DNA of 64,000 bases from Lama glama. Its lineage: Eukaryota. The stretch is from contig CM052817.1 of assembly GCA_028534125.1 (NCBI GenBank), forward strand, positions 54,190,001 through 54,254,000. Reading direction: 5' to 3'. This document shows positions 51,291-64,000 of the stretch, in pieces (the first letter of the stretch is position 1; each line of letters opens with the position of its first letter). The position numbers were made by a program, and so were the translations under genes. The notes under the pieces were generated by a model, which worked only from the letters and a program-made list of their open reading frames with translations, was not told the origin of the DNA and did not search any database.

Positions 51291-51804
51291 GCTGTGAAAC
51301 TCCCCAGTGGCTCTCCAGCTTCATAAAAAAGGGGACTAACAGCAAAGTAAATATAATTGAACTGTGACAGAGTCAATTATATTATCTAATGTTTACTGTA
51401 CATTAGATGAATGTCAAACTCAAATATTCGGGGCTGCTTTTAGCCCATAAGGTAATTCTGTGCAAATTTATTCAAAAAAGGTATCCCATCTCTGCACTCT
51501 CAATCCCATACTAGAGAATATGCCTTGAGAAGCAAAGCAGAGTCTGGCTTTCAGGCTTTCTTTGGCTTCTTTACTTGTATAGTAAACAAACTGCACATCA
51601 TACATGACAACCAGTAAATCGTAGAAAGCAATGCACAAGAAAAAGTTGTCTGAAAATATCATGTGATTAAATATTTTGCTTATAGGCTTTGAAATTATAC
51701 TGCTATGAGAAAAACTTAATGGAACACCAGCCGAGAGAAACAGAAGAAAATAAAATAATATTTATTCTATAGGCTTTTTCAAATGTTTTTAAAAACTACT
51801 TTCC

Positions 51805-51946
51805 TTTTTTAAATTTTTTACTTACTGGGGGGGGGTGGTAATTAGGTTCATTTATTTATTTAGTTTTAGAGGAGATACTGGAGACAGAGCCCCGGACCTT
51901 GTGCATGCTAGCCATGCACTCTACCACTTGAGCTGTATCCTCCTCC
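51805..51946 (-). mobile_element. tRNA-derived camelid SINE (Vic-1-like)
   Basis: Minus strand GGAGGAGGATACAGCTCAAGTGGTAGAGTGCATGGCTAGCATGCACAAGGTCC...AAATAAATAAATGAACCTAATTACCACCCCCC; A-box visible, B-box degraded; weak TSD (TACTTTC). Confidence 0.85.
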
Positions 51947-52479
51947 TTCAAATACTTTCTTCTTTGTTTCATTTTAGGTAAAGTAAAGGCAGCTTATCAG
52001 TTCATACACTATTATTCTTAGGAAACTATACACTTTACAGATTATAAACACCTGTGATCAAAGACTACAAAAGCCTGGAAAAACAATACATTATATTTTC
52101 CCTATATGTACATTATTCTCTGGTCTGACACATGCAAACAGTATCCCTCCAAATTCTAAAAATAATTCATTAAGGGGTCTTACTAAATACTTATCAAGAT
52201 GAGCTAAGAATCTAGTTATAATGAAAAAACTAAGTGACTATGTGAACACTTCAATTAATTATATGATCAGTGCATGTTCAGTGAATTGATCAGTTAACCC
52301 TGAATCCCAACTACACTTGGCAGTCGAACAAAGAAAGATGTTATTGCCAATTTCAACTTCCCTACACATAACCTCCATGGTCATTCTTGCCCTTTAAAGC
52401 TGCTAGTGATATATGTTTGAATTATATTTCAAATTAACTATTTAAAGTCCTCAGGATATTAGGTGTTAACTGATCAAAT

Positions 52480-52600
52480 AATGCATGTGCTGATAAGTAT
52501 TCTAAGCACTTTATATACATTTTGTCATTTAAACCTCACAATAATCTATGAAGTACTTTTGTTATTCACAAATAAGGGCAGAAACTGATGCACAGACAAG
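52480..52600 (-). mobile_element. MIR fragment
   Basis: ttctaagcactttatatacattttgtcatttaaacctcacaataatctatgaagta...gaaactgatgcacaga. Confidence 0.7.
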
Positions 52601-53295
52601 TAAAATCACATACTCCAAATTCCCCAAGACAAGCTCATCCTTAACAGCTAGGTTGCTTAAAATTATTTCTCCAAGTCTTTCATCTCTCATATTGTCCCTA
52701 TGACCACTTCCTCTTAATAGTTACATTTTCAGCTTTGTAGCAGCAAACAATTTGCTAGCAAATACATTTTTTTTGTTGTTCTAGGCTAAGCCTACAAGCA
52801 GTTAAACAAATACACACCTGGCTGCCAAGAACTGAGAATGAAGCAGGGGAAGATTTTATCAGCACACTGTTAGTGATTTCAACCAATACATATCACTCCT
52901 CTGTACATGCCACTGAGGGAAATTCTGGGAATTTAACAAAAATGAGATTGCCTTTGCCTTTCTATAAACCTCCTCTGACTTTCAGTATACTCATCTGTAT
53001 TTTCTCCAACTCCCCTAAAAGCAGGACATGCAGAATACATTTTTCCCTACAGGGAGTGTTACCAGCATTGAGCCTGGGTTAGAGCCTGGATTTTCTTCCA
53101 AGATGCAGAACCTGCAAACATGAAAAGAAATCCCACACAGATGTAGCACATTTTAATAATCTGTCAGCTGCTGATCTTATCTCACAGGTAGGATTAAGAA
53201 ACCTAATCTAAAATGTCTGTTCTAAAAATCCAGGGATGACTGAGGGGAAAAAAAAAAACCTATGAAATCTGTTCCATGAATAGCTTACAGCCATG

Positions 53296-53323
53296 GTGTG
53301 GCCTGTGACATCACAGGCCACAC
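53296..53323. promoter_or_regulatory. 28-bp palindrome with central TGACATCA (CRE-like)
   Basis: GTGTGGCCTGTGA-CA-TCACAGGCCACAC with perfect 13-bp arms. The structure is certain; a regulatory role is inference. Confidence 0.45.
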
Positions 53324-55083
53324 TGGGTTGGTTGAAAGCCAGTAATGGATTATAAAAACAAAGTGCAACTTGAGTGAATTGAGAAATAGTGACCCAAAGA
53401 GATGTCTATAATGAAAGATGAAACTACAAAAGTAAATGATATGCAGGACACAAGGATCACCACAAAGTGAGATCTAGCGCCCAGAACCAAGATCCCTGGA
53501 ATTTATTAGAAGATTAGAGAAGAGACAGACAGAAATCTAGTCATACACAAACTGAAGTAAAGGAACAAAAAGCAGGTTGAGGCAAAGGGAGTTCAAATTA
53601 GAGGCTGGGTCCAGATATCAAGACAAAAGCCACTCATCAAACCTGATGCCTGCTGCTAGGGGCGGGAGGTGCCGGAGGCTGGGGCTGGGGGCGTCCATAG
53701 GCCAATCCATGAGTTTGGGAAGGAGACAGCCTAAGAACTCCAGAACTGATAAGCTGGGAAAACAGCATCAAAGGCCTCTGATCCCAGACAGAGCTCCAAT
53801 ATTCCTAAAAGCTGCTCATCTGAAAGAAATAATCACATTAAACTAACAAATACACCGAGCGAGGAGTAATGCAAATATGCCTTCATGAACGGAATGTCAT
53901 TCTGTCCTTAAATGTTATGATTATTAAATGCATAGGACTGATCTGATAATGTAAATAAGGGGTGCCTTTTTATTCCAACAAATAGAGTCCCTTTGCCTAT
54001 ACTGCATAATATAAAATAAATTCCCACCGTTATTTTTCATCTAAGAGCACACACTGATTCAGGCATCAGAATCAAATACATTTGCGATGTACTTAAAATG
54101 ACACCCACCGAGAATGAAACCATCTAAATCTAGTGTTGGTGAATTAGTAAGTTTTTCATATAAATTTCACATAATTTATACTGAAATTTGTCCTTGTAGC
54201 CATCATCACTTTCACTGACAAACAATGAAAGATTTTGATATTGGAAGTTAGTGATGGCTTATCCCCATTCTGTTTTTCCTTTGAAAAATTGAAAGGTGGT
54301 TTTTCAATGAGAAATACAGAGTATAGAGGGCCAAAATACATTAATAAACTTTTATCTTGCTCACATATAACTGGTCTGAAGTAAAGGAAAACCATGATCA
54401 CATGAAGTGTTCGTAGCATATGATCAGTAATATCTTTAAATTTAAAGAAATATTAAAAACAAAAACAAAATTAAATGCTGGCAGGTTTATATGCTAAACT
54501 TATTATTTTAAAGGCTTTCTTAGATAAGATAATAACCATAAAAAATTGAACAGTAATAAATAACCTTGTTAATCGTAAAATGAAATGGCTCCAATTGCTT
54601 TAAAAGAAAAAAAAAGACTTAAATTTTAAGATTAAATATCAAGTACTGAAATATTCTTTAGAGCACGAGTTCCTGTAAATCCTCATTTAACATTTAAAAA
54701 TAAAGAGCATTTGTAAAGAATGTAGCTGTGTATGCTCCAATGGGAACTGGAAAATTACTTCATTTGCTGGTAAACAGACTGTGCTGCATAAAACAAAAAC
54801 TAAGTGGCCTTTAGTTGAGGAAACTATATGACTTCATTGAGAAAAAAACAGGCTGAGTTTGGCACAAAAAGGGTCAGAAAAAGTGCACTGGATTTAGAAC
54901 AAAATGATTTTGTATCTGAGTCTTTTAACTTCTGTTTAAAATGCTATACAGTCCATATTATGTTTCCAAGATATATTAAACATAATTTAGGACAAAAATG
55001 AATTCAAAATGAACAATGTCCCATAGCAGTGAATGCCTTGAATAAGAATGTTTTACATTTCCTCCTTTCTCTTTCTGGCTATT

Positions 55084-55136
55084 AAAAAAAACAAAAACAA
55101 AAACAAAAACAAAAACAAAAACAAAAACAAAAAAAC
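55084..55136. repeat. (AAAAAC)n microsatellite
   Basis: Directly visible. Confidence 0.95.
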
Positions 55137-55269
55137 TTCCATGCTTGAGAATGGAGAACTATAATAAAAATATATGTTTATGTTGTTTTTTTAAAGTATG
55201 AATTGCTAAGATGCATAATCATGTTTTGACTTCAAGGAATTTAAATTAAGCATTTAATAAGCTTGAAAC

Positions 55270-55940
55270 AAATTCATTATGCTTGCTCCCTCTCCTAAAC
55301 TCTCCTGCTTTCTATATTAAATTGGTAGTTTTATCACTCACTCAGTGTTGAAGATAAACATCTAAGTAACCCTCTCCTTTAAACACACACTCAGTGGAGT
55401 ACAATTTTCTTTCACTTCTCACACTTGCCTCCTTCCATTCTTATTCCCTTCCGTAGTGCAAGCATGATATTCTCTCCTAGATTGCTGGAAGTGGTTCCTG
55501 ACCAGCTCTTTTCCCTCCAATCCAGCAGATACAGTGCCGTAAATACGACTGTGCCATCTCCCCACTTAAAAGGATCCAACGGTTCCAATGGCTCTCCTTT
55601 ACCTATTCCAGCTTATTTTTAAGCCTAACCTCTTGTCATTGTCTCCCATGGATCTGATACTGTAGCCTCTTCAGCTCTGCTCACTCTTCGCCGAGCACAA
55701 CACAATAGTCATTTCTCAAAAATTGTCCAACACTTTCCCCTTGTAGTATCTTTCCTATACTCATCTATAACTCTTTCTGTAAAATAACCAACTCTAGTAA
55801 TCAAATACTTTATTTGAACTAGCATTATAGTAATCATAAAAGTATTTTTGTTAATATTGAGCGTTCTGTTTTAAGCACAGACACGAGGTCTTTTTCATCT
55901 CCCAGACACCCAGTACAATGCACCTACTAGGTGCTCTAAA
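55270..55940 (+). mobile_element. L2 LINE fragment
   Basis: Pyrimidine-rich L2-like body (ttccctccaatcc...cttaaaa...ttccaatggctctcc) ending cccagtacaatgcacctactaggtgctctaaatat. Confidence 0.65.
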
Positions 55941-56229
55941 TATCTTCCCCACTCAAAGTAATTGACTTAATACGTTTTACAGAGTCAAGTAATACTTTAA
56001 AAAGAAAAAATTCATAATTCATAATTCAAAAATATTCTCAATTTCTAAACAAGAGTATTATGAACATCATCTTGAACCATATTATCTAGTCAAGAATGAA
56101 AGCATAGTCAAGCAATATGCCCATAATCAGAAATCAATTATGATTCCAGCAATGATACATCATGTGAACTGAGAGCTATAAAATTGTCTATATTGTAACA
56201 GCCAACCTTAGAATTTGGACAAAGCTTAT

Positions 56230-57130
56230 TCAATTCAATAAACATTCACTGAACATCTACAACAGAAAAAATAAAGCTCAATCAGGCATGGTCAATTTGT
56301 TCATGGAAGAGATTACTTCCCACTGGATAAGTTATCTAATCAGAATGAAGGATAGAATTCAGGAAGGCAGTTAATAAGGGGGTGAGGAGAACAGAACATT
56401 CCAGGGAGATAAAAGAGGCATGAACCAGGACTTGGAAACATTGATAAGTAATGAAAAGGTGCCTAGCTTGACTGACATTTAAGATTTGTGGAAGAGATTT
56501 CTGGATGTAACCAGTATTTGTTGGTATGCAATTATGGAGGACTGTGAATATCAAGATGGAAATATGGCAAGTATGCCCTCTCTAATTATTTTTGAAAATG
56601 TGCAGGCAATGAAGACTGTTCAAAGCATAAAGAGAATCTTTACAATTATTTCATAAAGGTTATTCAGCATTATTCGACATGTAGGGGTAATTTGTATGGC
56701 TATTTGCAAGCTTTAGAACATGTTGAATGCAATAATATTTAAAAGAATGCTGTGTATCTCAGGGATACTGTAGCTATAGGACAATGATGGAAAGAAGGGA
56801 ACAGGATAAACCTCAACAAACGTGTTGCCTGTTTGTAGATAGCAACTGAAAGAGAGAACAGAGACAGAATGTTCTGAGTCTGGGTTTTTAAAAAAATAAT
56901 GATTTAAACAAGAAAAATATGGGGTAAGTATTGGTAGAAAGATGGTAATATCTCCAGAGTATTTTCAGGTAGAGGTATTGATCAGGCATTTGGAGATATA
57001 GATTAGAAGTCAGAAGAAAGAGAGGGATGGGGTTATAGATAACAATTTAAGAATTATCTACAAAGAGATGAAAACTGACAGAGCAAGAATGAATCAGCTT
57101 CATAAGAAAGATAAAGTACAAAAAGAAGAG
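56230..57130 (-). mobile_element. L2 LINE fragment
   Basis: ttcaattcaataaacattcactgaacatctac...gaacattccagggaga...caggcatttggagatatagattagaagtcagaagaaag. Confidence 0.7.
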
Positions 57131-60034
57131 GAATAGCAGGAAAAAATAAAACTTAGAGAGGCACTCAACAGGTTCTCAAAGAGACCTGAATTCAGTCATT
57201 GGTTCTGTCATTTGTTAGTTGCACAATGTTGAACCAATAATTTAACCTAAGTCTTAGACCATCATGAGGATCAACTGGCATAATGTTTACACTGAATAGC
57301 ATATGATTTACTACATATCAGGACTTGAGTAAGTTAACTAATTTCATCTTTCTTTTTGTTGTTGTTGCTCCTGCCGCTATTAACATCAGCATCGCCATCT
57401 CTATGACTATTAGGGGAAGAAAGAGAAAAGGCAAGGAGCCATGAGAATCAGGCTAACAGCACAATACATTTCATGATAGGAAAAATGAGTGGAACATCGT
57501 GGGTCAACAACATATTCTGATACATTATATGAATTTCAATCTCAAATTTTTCAATAGTGACTCAGTAGAAACCATCTGCAGATGTTAGCTTATGAAATCA
57601 TCCTCATCATGCTCTCTTAAGAAATGCTACTTTTCACAAACTATAAGAAATCTACTGACATGGCTGATACATTGGAGGAGACCCTTGAGACAACAGATGG
57701 TGTTTTATAAATAGAATTTGAATCACCTGTTATATGACTTGAGCAGCCCGATTACTAAGCCCTTCTTCTAAACTTTGTCAGTTTCCAAAAGAAGTGTGAA
57801 CAAAAATTCTAAATGCAAGAACCACAGGCTTTATAAGAAATACAGCACAGATACATCATTGATGGAATCGCTGATTGCAATAATTTTACTGCATATGACA
57901 TGAATACATATTAAATCTATATGTGTGTATATGCATGTATATGTGCACGTGTAAAAAAGGTATTCAAATGGAAAAAAGGCAAATGGAGGTATAGAATGAG
58001 TGTAGAAAAAAAGTAGTATTTTTTTTCTGAAATGTGTACTTCTAAGGATCATCTTTTTAAGATCAAAAAAAGAAACCTATTCAAAATAAAAATTCAGTCA
58101 ATAAGATATTTATTACATTTCTTTCAGAAGAAAAACACCATCACTCATTTATAAGTGGGTCACTCTCAGCATTACTTGGGACCAAATCTTGACAGGAGTG
58201 TAAGCTAAGGAAAAGTTGCTCTTATCAAATTCTGCCTTTCAACCTCCTAGCGTGTTTGACTCCTCCAATAATTTCTGAGTATAGTCACTTCAGAGTTAAC
58301 ACATCTCAGATAGACTTACGGAGAATCTTCCTTATCAAATTCAGCCCAAAGCTGGAGGTTTTAATTGAAGAGAGCACTACATTCTCATGTTTTCACAAGT
58401 ACCTTGAATTTAGTGTCCAGTACAATTTTTTACATCAATATCTTTCTCCTGGGTTTCTCTTTCCTTCAGTTTAATACCCAGTTATCCTATTATCTTTAGA
58501 CCCCATTTTAGGGTATGAACATTGTGTGTTTTTGCCAAGTTAATTATTTCAGCAAATATTTACTAAGTTCCAGGTGCCACGCTGATGCTGGGCTTTTATC
58601 AGTGACGATAAGCCGATGGAGCTTAGACTATGTATCAACGAGACAAAAATGCAACCAAATCAGTAAATAAATCACTTCACTTCTGAAAATACTTAGTACT
58701 AGGAAGGAAATGAAATAGGTTAATGTGAAAGAGAGTGACAGAGTGACTCAGAAACATACAGACAGTTTTATGTTTCCGTATGCATTTTAGCATGCAGATT
58801 CCTAAGCAGGGTATTGGAATATTCATCTCTCCTTTCCACTCTGTCATACTCATATTCATCACCTCACTGAGGGCACACCTGCTGTATCACTCCATCAAAA
58901 CATGCTGAAAGGCTGTAATCTGAGTAACACAACGCTGAGGACTAAGGAATTCCAAGAAGTACAAAAGGTGTAACCAGCCCGGGTGGAGTTTTCCGGGACC
59001 TAGGGAAAACAAGGTACAGAAGCCTGAGGAGTCAACACGGAAAGCTGTTAATGGTGTTAACCATTAGTTTGGGTTATTTCCAAGTGTGGAAGCATTCCAA
59101 AAGAATTCAGAGAAAAGTGTCACTGGTGTCCAGTGGAGGAGAATAGGATTTGATCTTAATTCTGACATGACGGCAAGTACTGGAAATGGAGGGAGAAGGA
59201 CCAAGAAATTCTAAGCTGGAAAAAGAACAGGAACTGAATATGGAGGAAATCTGTCTGAGGTGAGCCTACATAGAAGGGGGCGCTTTTACTGAAAGGGAGG
59301 TTTTCTTGAGGAGAACCTTGTTCACGGAGTTTTATCTAGATACATCAGGTCATTCAGTTATCTCTGAGGAGAATGATATAGTAAAAGTGTATTCTACAAA
59401 GACGATTCTGAGACCAATATGCAGTTTGAAAGGGAAGAAGAGAGGAAATTTAAACAATTAGAAGGTGACATCTTTAATGTAAACAGAAATAGCAGTGGCA
59501 ATAAGAAAGCACCTAAGACTGTTACAGATCCCACAGACAAGACTTCGTGACTGATGAGGAGGCTAAAAGTTTGAAAAAAGGGAGTTGTCAAAGTTATTAT
59601 CACTGGCAGGAAAACAATGCAAAGTATCTGCCTTACTGCCAGTAATATTATGATATATTAAAGACTCCTGTTGAATAAACTTCGCAATCACAAAAAAAAA
59701 AAAACAACAGTATTTTTGGGGGATGTCTTCACATTTTTAACACAAATCCTAAAGATTTTTTGAAGTATTCATTCTATGTTGCACATGTTTTATGGTCATT
59801 ATGCCCTTCACTTCAAACGTGATTTTTCTACATTCACATGTAACAGCATTTTGTGTATTCATCTTCCATTTCCCTGCTTTTAGATGTCTACCAGCATTAT
59901 TTAGGCAGTATTACTTGTGATCTTTAGATATGTGTGTATTAACAAGAAACGAAGTTGGCAAGTGCTAGAGATCTATCAAGTTCAGGGTTCCTGGAAATTT
60001 TAGGCAATTCCAAATTTTCTCTATTACCTTTATG

Positions 60035-60600
60035 CCGACCAATCCCAAGTGTCTGTCTCCAGCTTAGACCTCTCTCTTCAGTGTCAGATGTTACATATTC
60101 AAAAGCATTACTCAAACACTCTTACATATGAACAATGGCTTTGTACCCACCCTGCATTTCCTATGAGGTGTTCATTTTCTCATCTATAAACCTTACCAAT
60201 AGAGTTTTCCAAAACTGCCCTCAACAGTTACAGGGAGCCTGCTCTACTGCTGTACCTTAACTTTGGGGACCTCCACACTGTTTTACACCGCTGGGCCTTT
60301 TAACATATTCTCTCTGCCTGGAAAGAACAGCTGCCAGCGCTATGAACTCCTAGGTCTTGCTTCTTTCCTTTGTGAACTTTGGCAAATTTCATTGTTCTCC
60401 TAAATTTCAGCAATGCCCCTTGCATATACATCTCTTAAGAAACTTACTACATTTTACTGTAACTTTCTATTTAAAAGTTGATCTTCCCAAATCAACTATG
60501 ACATACTGAACTCTGAGCTCCTTAAGAGTAGAAACTGTCCAGCCAGTACTAAGTACGAAGACAGAAAACAGAGTGACACTCAGTGACTGTTCATGGATGG
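60035..60600 (+). mobile_element. L2 LINE fragment
   Basis: tcccaagtgtctgtctccagcttagacctctctcttcagtgtcagat...ctgagctccttaagagtagaaactgtc. Confidence 0.7.
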
Positions 60601-62199
60601 ATCAAGGCATAGGAACCTAAGAATCAGGATTATGCACATAATAAGTGGTCTATTAATCATGGTCTTTTTAGGGTGAAGTGCTAATCAAATTACATATCAA
60701 TAAATGTTTATTCCACAAATAAAATCAAAATGTGGAAACACTTTAAAATTAAGAGAGAAGTAAAAAAATGAATTAGAGTTGTCATCTTTAATTTTTCCAA
60801 AAAACAAAAAGTAAATTTTAAACAAACGATACATAGATGCCAAAGACAATGTACTAACTAGTATTGAAAAAAAGTATTATTATACAAAAACTGCTCACAT
60901 TTGGAATCAAACTTTATTCAGTACCCATCATCCGTTACTCTTGATTACAATGCAAAGGAAATGAATTCTTTTTGTCCTTTCATAGTAATGAAGTTGTTTA
61001 GGGTATATCAAGTCTGCAAGTATTTACATACTAATTAAATGTTTAGAGTAAATTCCAAATTTGTAAAAAGTGTCTATTATGCAAGGTTCATATTTATGTA
61101 TATGCATTATGCAGTAGGAACTACTTTTAACTTTTTAATACATATTTTTAAATATGCCAGATTATATAAAACTGAGACGTTCCTTTTTTGGTTTTGTATT
61201 TTAAGAAAATAGGATAAAAATCACTGAATAGAGAGAGAAGTAAAGCAAGGTGATGAGTAGGGACAAGAAAACACACTAGAACTAGAAAGGATGCAAATGT
61301 TCATAAAATTAGATGCATTCTCTAAATTTGTCTCAATCTGATAGATCATATTCTACTATATGTCTCCTAAAAATAATTATACTCTCTTCCTTAACTGACT
61401 TACCACCACAGCCAATAATTAAAACAGTATGTATATTCATCAATATATGTGAAAAAACCTCAAAATACAGTTTTATATATTTATTATCAAAAGAGTAGAT
61501 GCACAAGAATGAACCCCCACACTACCCATACACAAACACCACTCAATCTCCTTGTCCTTATGAAAAGAGAGGCACTAGCAGAAAAGAATGGATACTCTGA
61601 AGCCGGAATCACTCCGTATCCTTTTGTGAGCTGACACGAAGTGCATTTTTTTTATGTGAGCATGCCACAAATGTAAATAAGAATCTTTTCAAATAATTCT
61701 AGAGCTTTTCTCCCCTCTAATTTTGCCTAAGACTGAATTTTGATCTAGCAAAGATATTTCTTATATTTTGTATAAACAATATTTTATAACCTCCTTAGAA
61801 ATAAATGGCCTAGGAATAGACTCAACATTTTACAATATACCAGCTACTATCACATATGCATAAGACTATAGTTTAGACACAAGAAAAACCTGCAAAGGGA
61901 AATCTGTAATATATAGGCAATAAATGGTTATGTAAACATGGAAATAAATACTAAATAGTCCAGTGTTCCAAAGGATTTTAATCTGTATTCTGAAATATTC
62001 CTAGAGATATTTGACATGGTCTAATATTAAAATGATTACCTTGAGATCTTTAACATTTTATAACGGTAACTATAGTAGAAGTGTAACTAATAAAGGTCCA
62101 GTAGGGATACTAACTCTAAGAGAGAAACTGACACAATGAAGATTTTCCCATTGATGACTTTAACTCAGACCTCCTAAAATAATCAAATAACCATGTCTA

Positions 62200-62500
62200 A
62201 CTTGAAAGTTTTCAACAGAGAAGTGATGAGATTTGGTTTATCTTTTGGGATGATTTCACTGGCCATTTTCTGGAAAATGGACTGTCAGGGAATAAGAAAG
62301 TAGAAGACCAGACAGGAGACTGGTAACATTTGTCTAGGTGAGGGATAAATCATTTGGATTATGCATTGATCAAAGGAGATAGTGAAAAGTAATCATATCA
62401 ATACATATTTTAGAATAAGACAATATTATATAGACAACAGACTATAAACAAAATAACTAGAGTCTCTACATAGAAACCTAAACCGATCTTTCTATTTTCA
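62200..62500 (-). mobile_element. L2 LINE fragment
   Basis: gttttcaacagagaagtgatgagatt...ggaaaatggactg...agaagaccagacaggagactg. Confidence 0.6.
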
Positions 62501-63619
62501 CAATGAAAACGGATACATATGCATTCACCAATAAATGCACTGACATGGGAAAATTAAGATATTTAGGATGAATCCACAAATGTCTGGTAGGAGTTGAAAT
62601 TTAAGAAGAGGATTAGAAAGGGCCCTCTACTTTTTGCTCTGTACACTTGCTGTTATTTTTTCCTTTTATTTTTATTAGTATTTTACTATTTGTCTTTTAC
62701 TGGTATTCCAATAGTTTATTTTTATTAGTATTTTCATTTTTCTTTTATTTCCTTTTGAAACAATAAAAATAAGTCAAATCATAAAAAAATCAAATAAATA
62801 GCAAAGTCATTAACTCATCATTAATTTCAGGGGCTACAGCTCCATAAAAAAACAATGTCGTCCTGTCTCCATAAAGGATATCAAATTTAAATGGTCACAT
62901 CACACAAAAATTCATCAAAATATGTTAATTGCATATGATCATAAATATTACTGATAAAATTTTTATATACATATATAGCAAAGCAAAATTGCTCTGGCAT
63001 TTAAAAATATGGGTTACTTTGTTTTTACTTAAACAACATTTAAAATATACAGAATTATGAATTCTATGTTCTGCAATTTAATGTTTGAAAACTTTCCCAC
63101 AGGACTTGAATAATACCATTTTTAAATTTCAGTGGTCATGTTACCATACAAATCAGTTTTGTTTTATAAATATAAATTATAATTAATTAATATTTTAAAA
63201 TATTTGCAAAGTCCATTTGAATTAAAAAATGAATTTAATTTCTTAAATCTTCATTTTCACAAGTTATGGCAGTTGAAACCAAGCTGTGAGTATGTTTTAA
63301 AATCAGCCTTAATCAAAAATTTTTTAAAAAAGGCATATCTGAAGTACTTGTGTTAATTTCAAAATTACTCAATGAATAAGAAGCTAAATATTCACCAAAA
63401 ACAGCAGTATAAAGTGCTCTTTCTGATTCAAAATTATTACATCTTAAATTTGAGAACAGTTTTAAAATAGTCAGTAGGATTCAGAATAATCATTAAGCTT
63501 TCATTTTCATTAACATTAAAGGGAACTATTTAGTGTGTGTCCATTACCTCTTCTGATCTTACAAACAAAGGATTAAAGTCAAAATATCATTTCATTTTAT
63601 TATTCTTTAAATGTATGGA

Positions 63620-63830
63620 CTTTCATAGTCACATATATATTTTGAGTTAAAGATGTATGTGCACGTGGCATATACAACACTGCTTTTATCTAAATCATGA
63701 GTCACTCAAAACTTACCACTGTGTCAAAGTTGTAGAAAGATTTCATCAAAAAGGTGTTGGAATTCACCTCAAATAATATCAGTGTCAATTAATACAAGAT
63801 TTGCTAGCAGTCTCCCCACCATGACTATGG
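63620..63830 (-). mobile_element. Possible second CR1/L3 RT relic
   Basis: Minus translation DII*GEFQHLFDEI (cf. DIIYLDFQKAFDKV), followed by HDLDKSSVVY (cf. YGLDKSTVKW). Confidence 0.45.
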
Positions 63831-64000
63831 CAGACCTCTTTCTCAAGGTATCACTTGTCAGTGGTTATAGAAGAGGTTCCTCTAGAACCCAGATCAATCC
63901 ATTCATTCCTCAAATGTCTTCCAGTACCCAGTGTGAGCCAGGTGCTGATTTAATCCCTTGAAAAATAACAACCAAGACATATCTAATTACTGCCCTTAAG

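Larger units (their letters stand above)
6140..64000 (-). other. Large upstream (5' UTR) intron of the minus-strand gene
   Basis: No other recognisable coding exon; visible A>T excess on + strand; most L1 copies lie on + (antisense to the gene). Confidence 0.6.

Noticed and set aside
51468..51662. Minus-strand 64-aa ORF behind an acceptor-like CAG
   Set aside because: No donor, no known homology, and it lies upstream of the start exon; treated as part of a regulatory block.
51860..51946. tRNA-like sequence
   Set aside because: It is the head of a SINE: degraded B-box, SINE body and A-rich tail, no intact cloverleaf.
63716..63770. Consensus donor GTG|GTAAGT on minus
   Set aside because: No credible upstream acceptor, and it lies within the probable CR1 relic.

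Overview
AT-rich mammalian genomic DNA, most likely a camelid (tRNA-derived Vic-1-like SINE, young camelid-type L1 copies), with one 500-N gap. The window is almost all intron of a minus-strand gene. The only coding sequence I can support is a 218-nt exon (6139->5922, minus) with 5' UTR and the signal-peptide start MWPSQLLVCMMLLAPTVH, matching the first coding exon of ADGRL3 (latrophilin-3). This copy looks more divergent from the human/cattle sequences I recall than I would expect for a camelid, so orthology needs checking. The rest is transposon relics (L1 with a perfect TSD, a twin-primed inverted L1, an internal L1 fragment, MaLR/ERVL LTRs, MER58/MER53, MIR, L2, CR1/L3 RT fossils), microsatellites, candidate cryptic exons and repeat-free blocks that may be enhancers, including a near-perfect 28-bp palindrome centred on a decayed CRE. 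I found no RNA genes, CRISPR arrays or demonstrably new biological system. Apart from the ADGRL3 and L1 frames, the ORF track is noise. Repeat family names are from recalled consensus sequences and boundaries are approximate.
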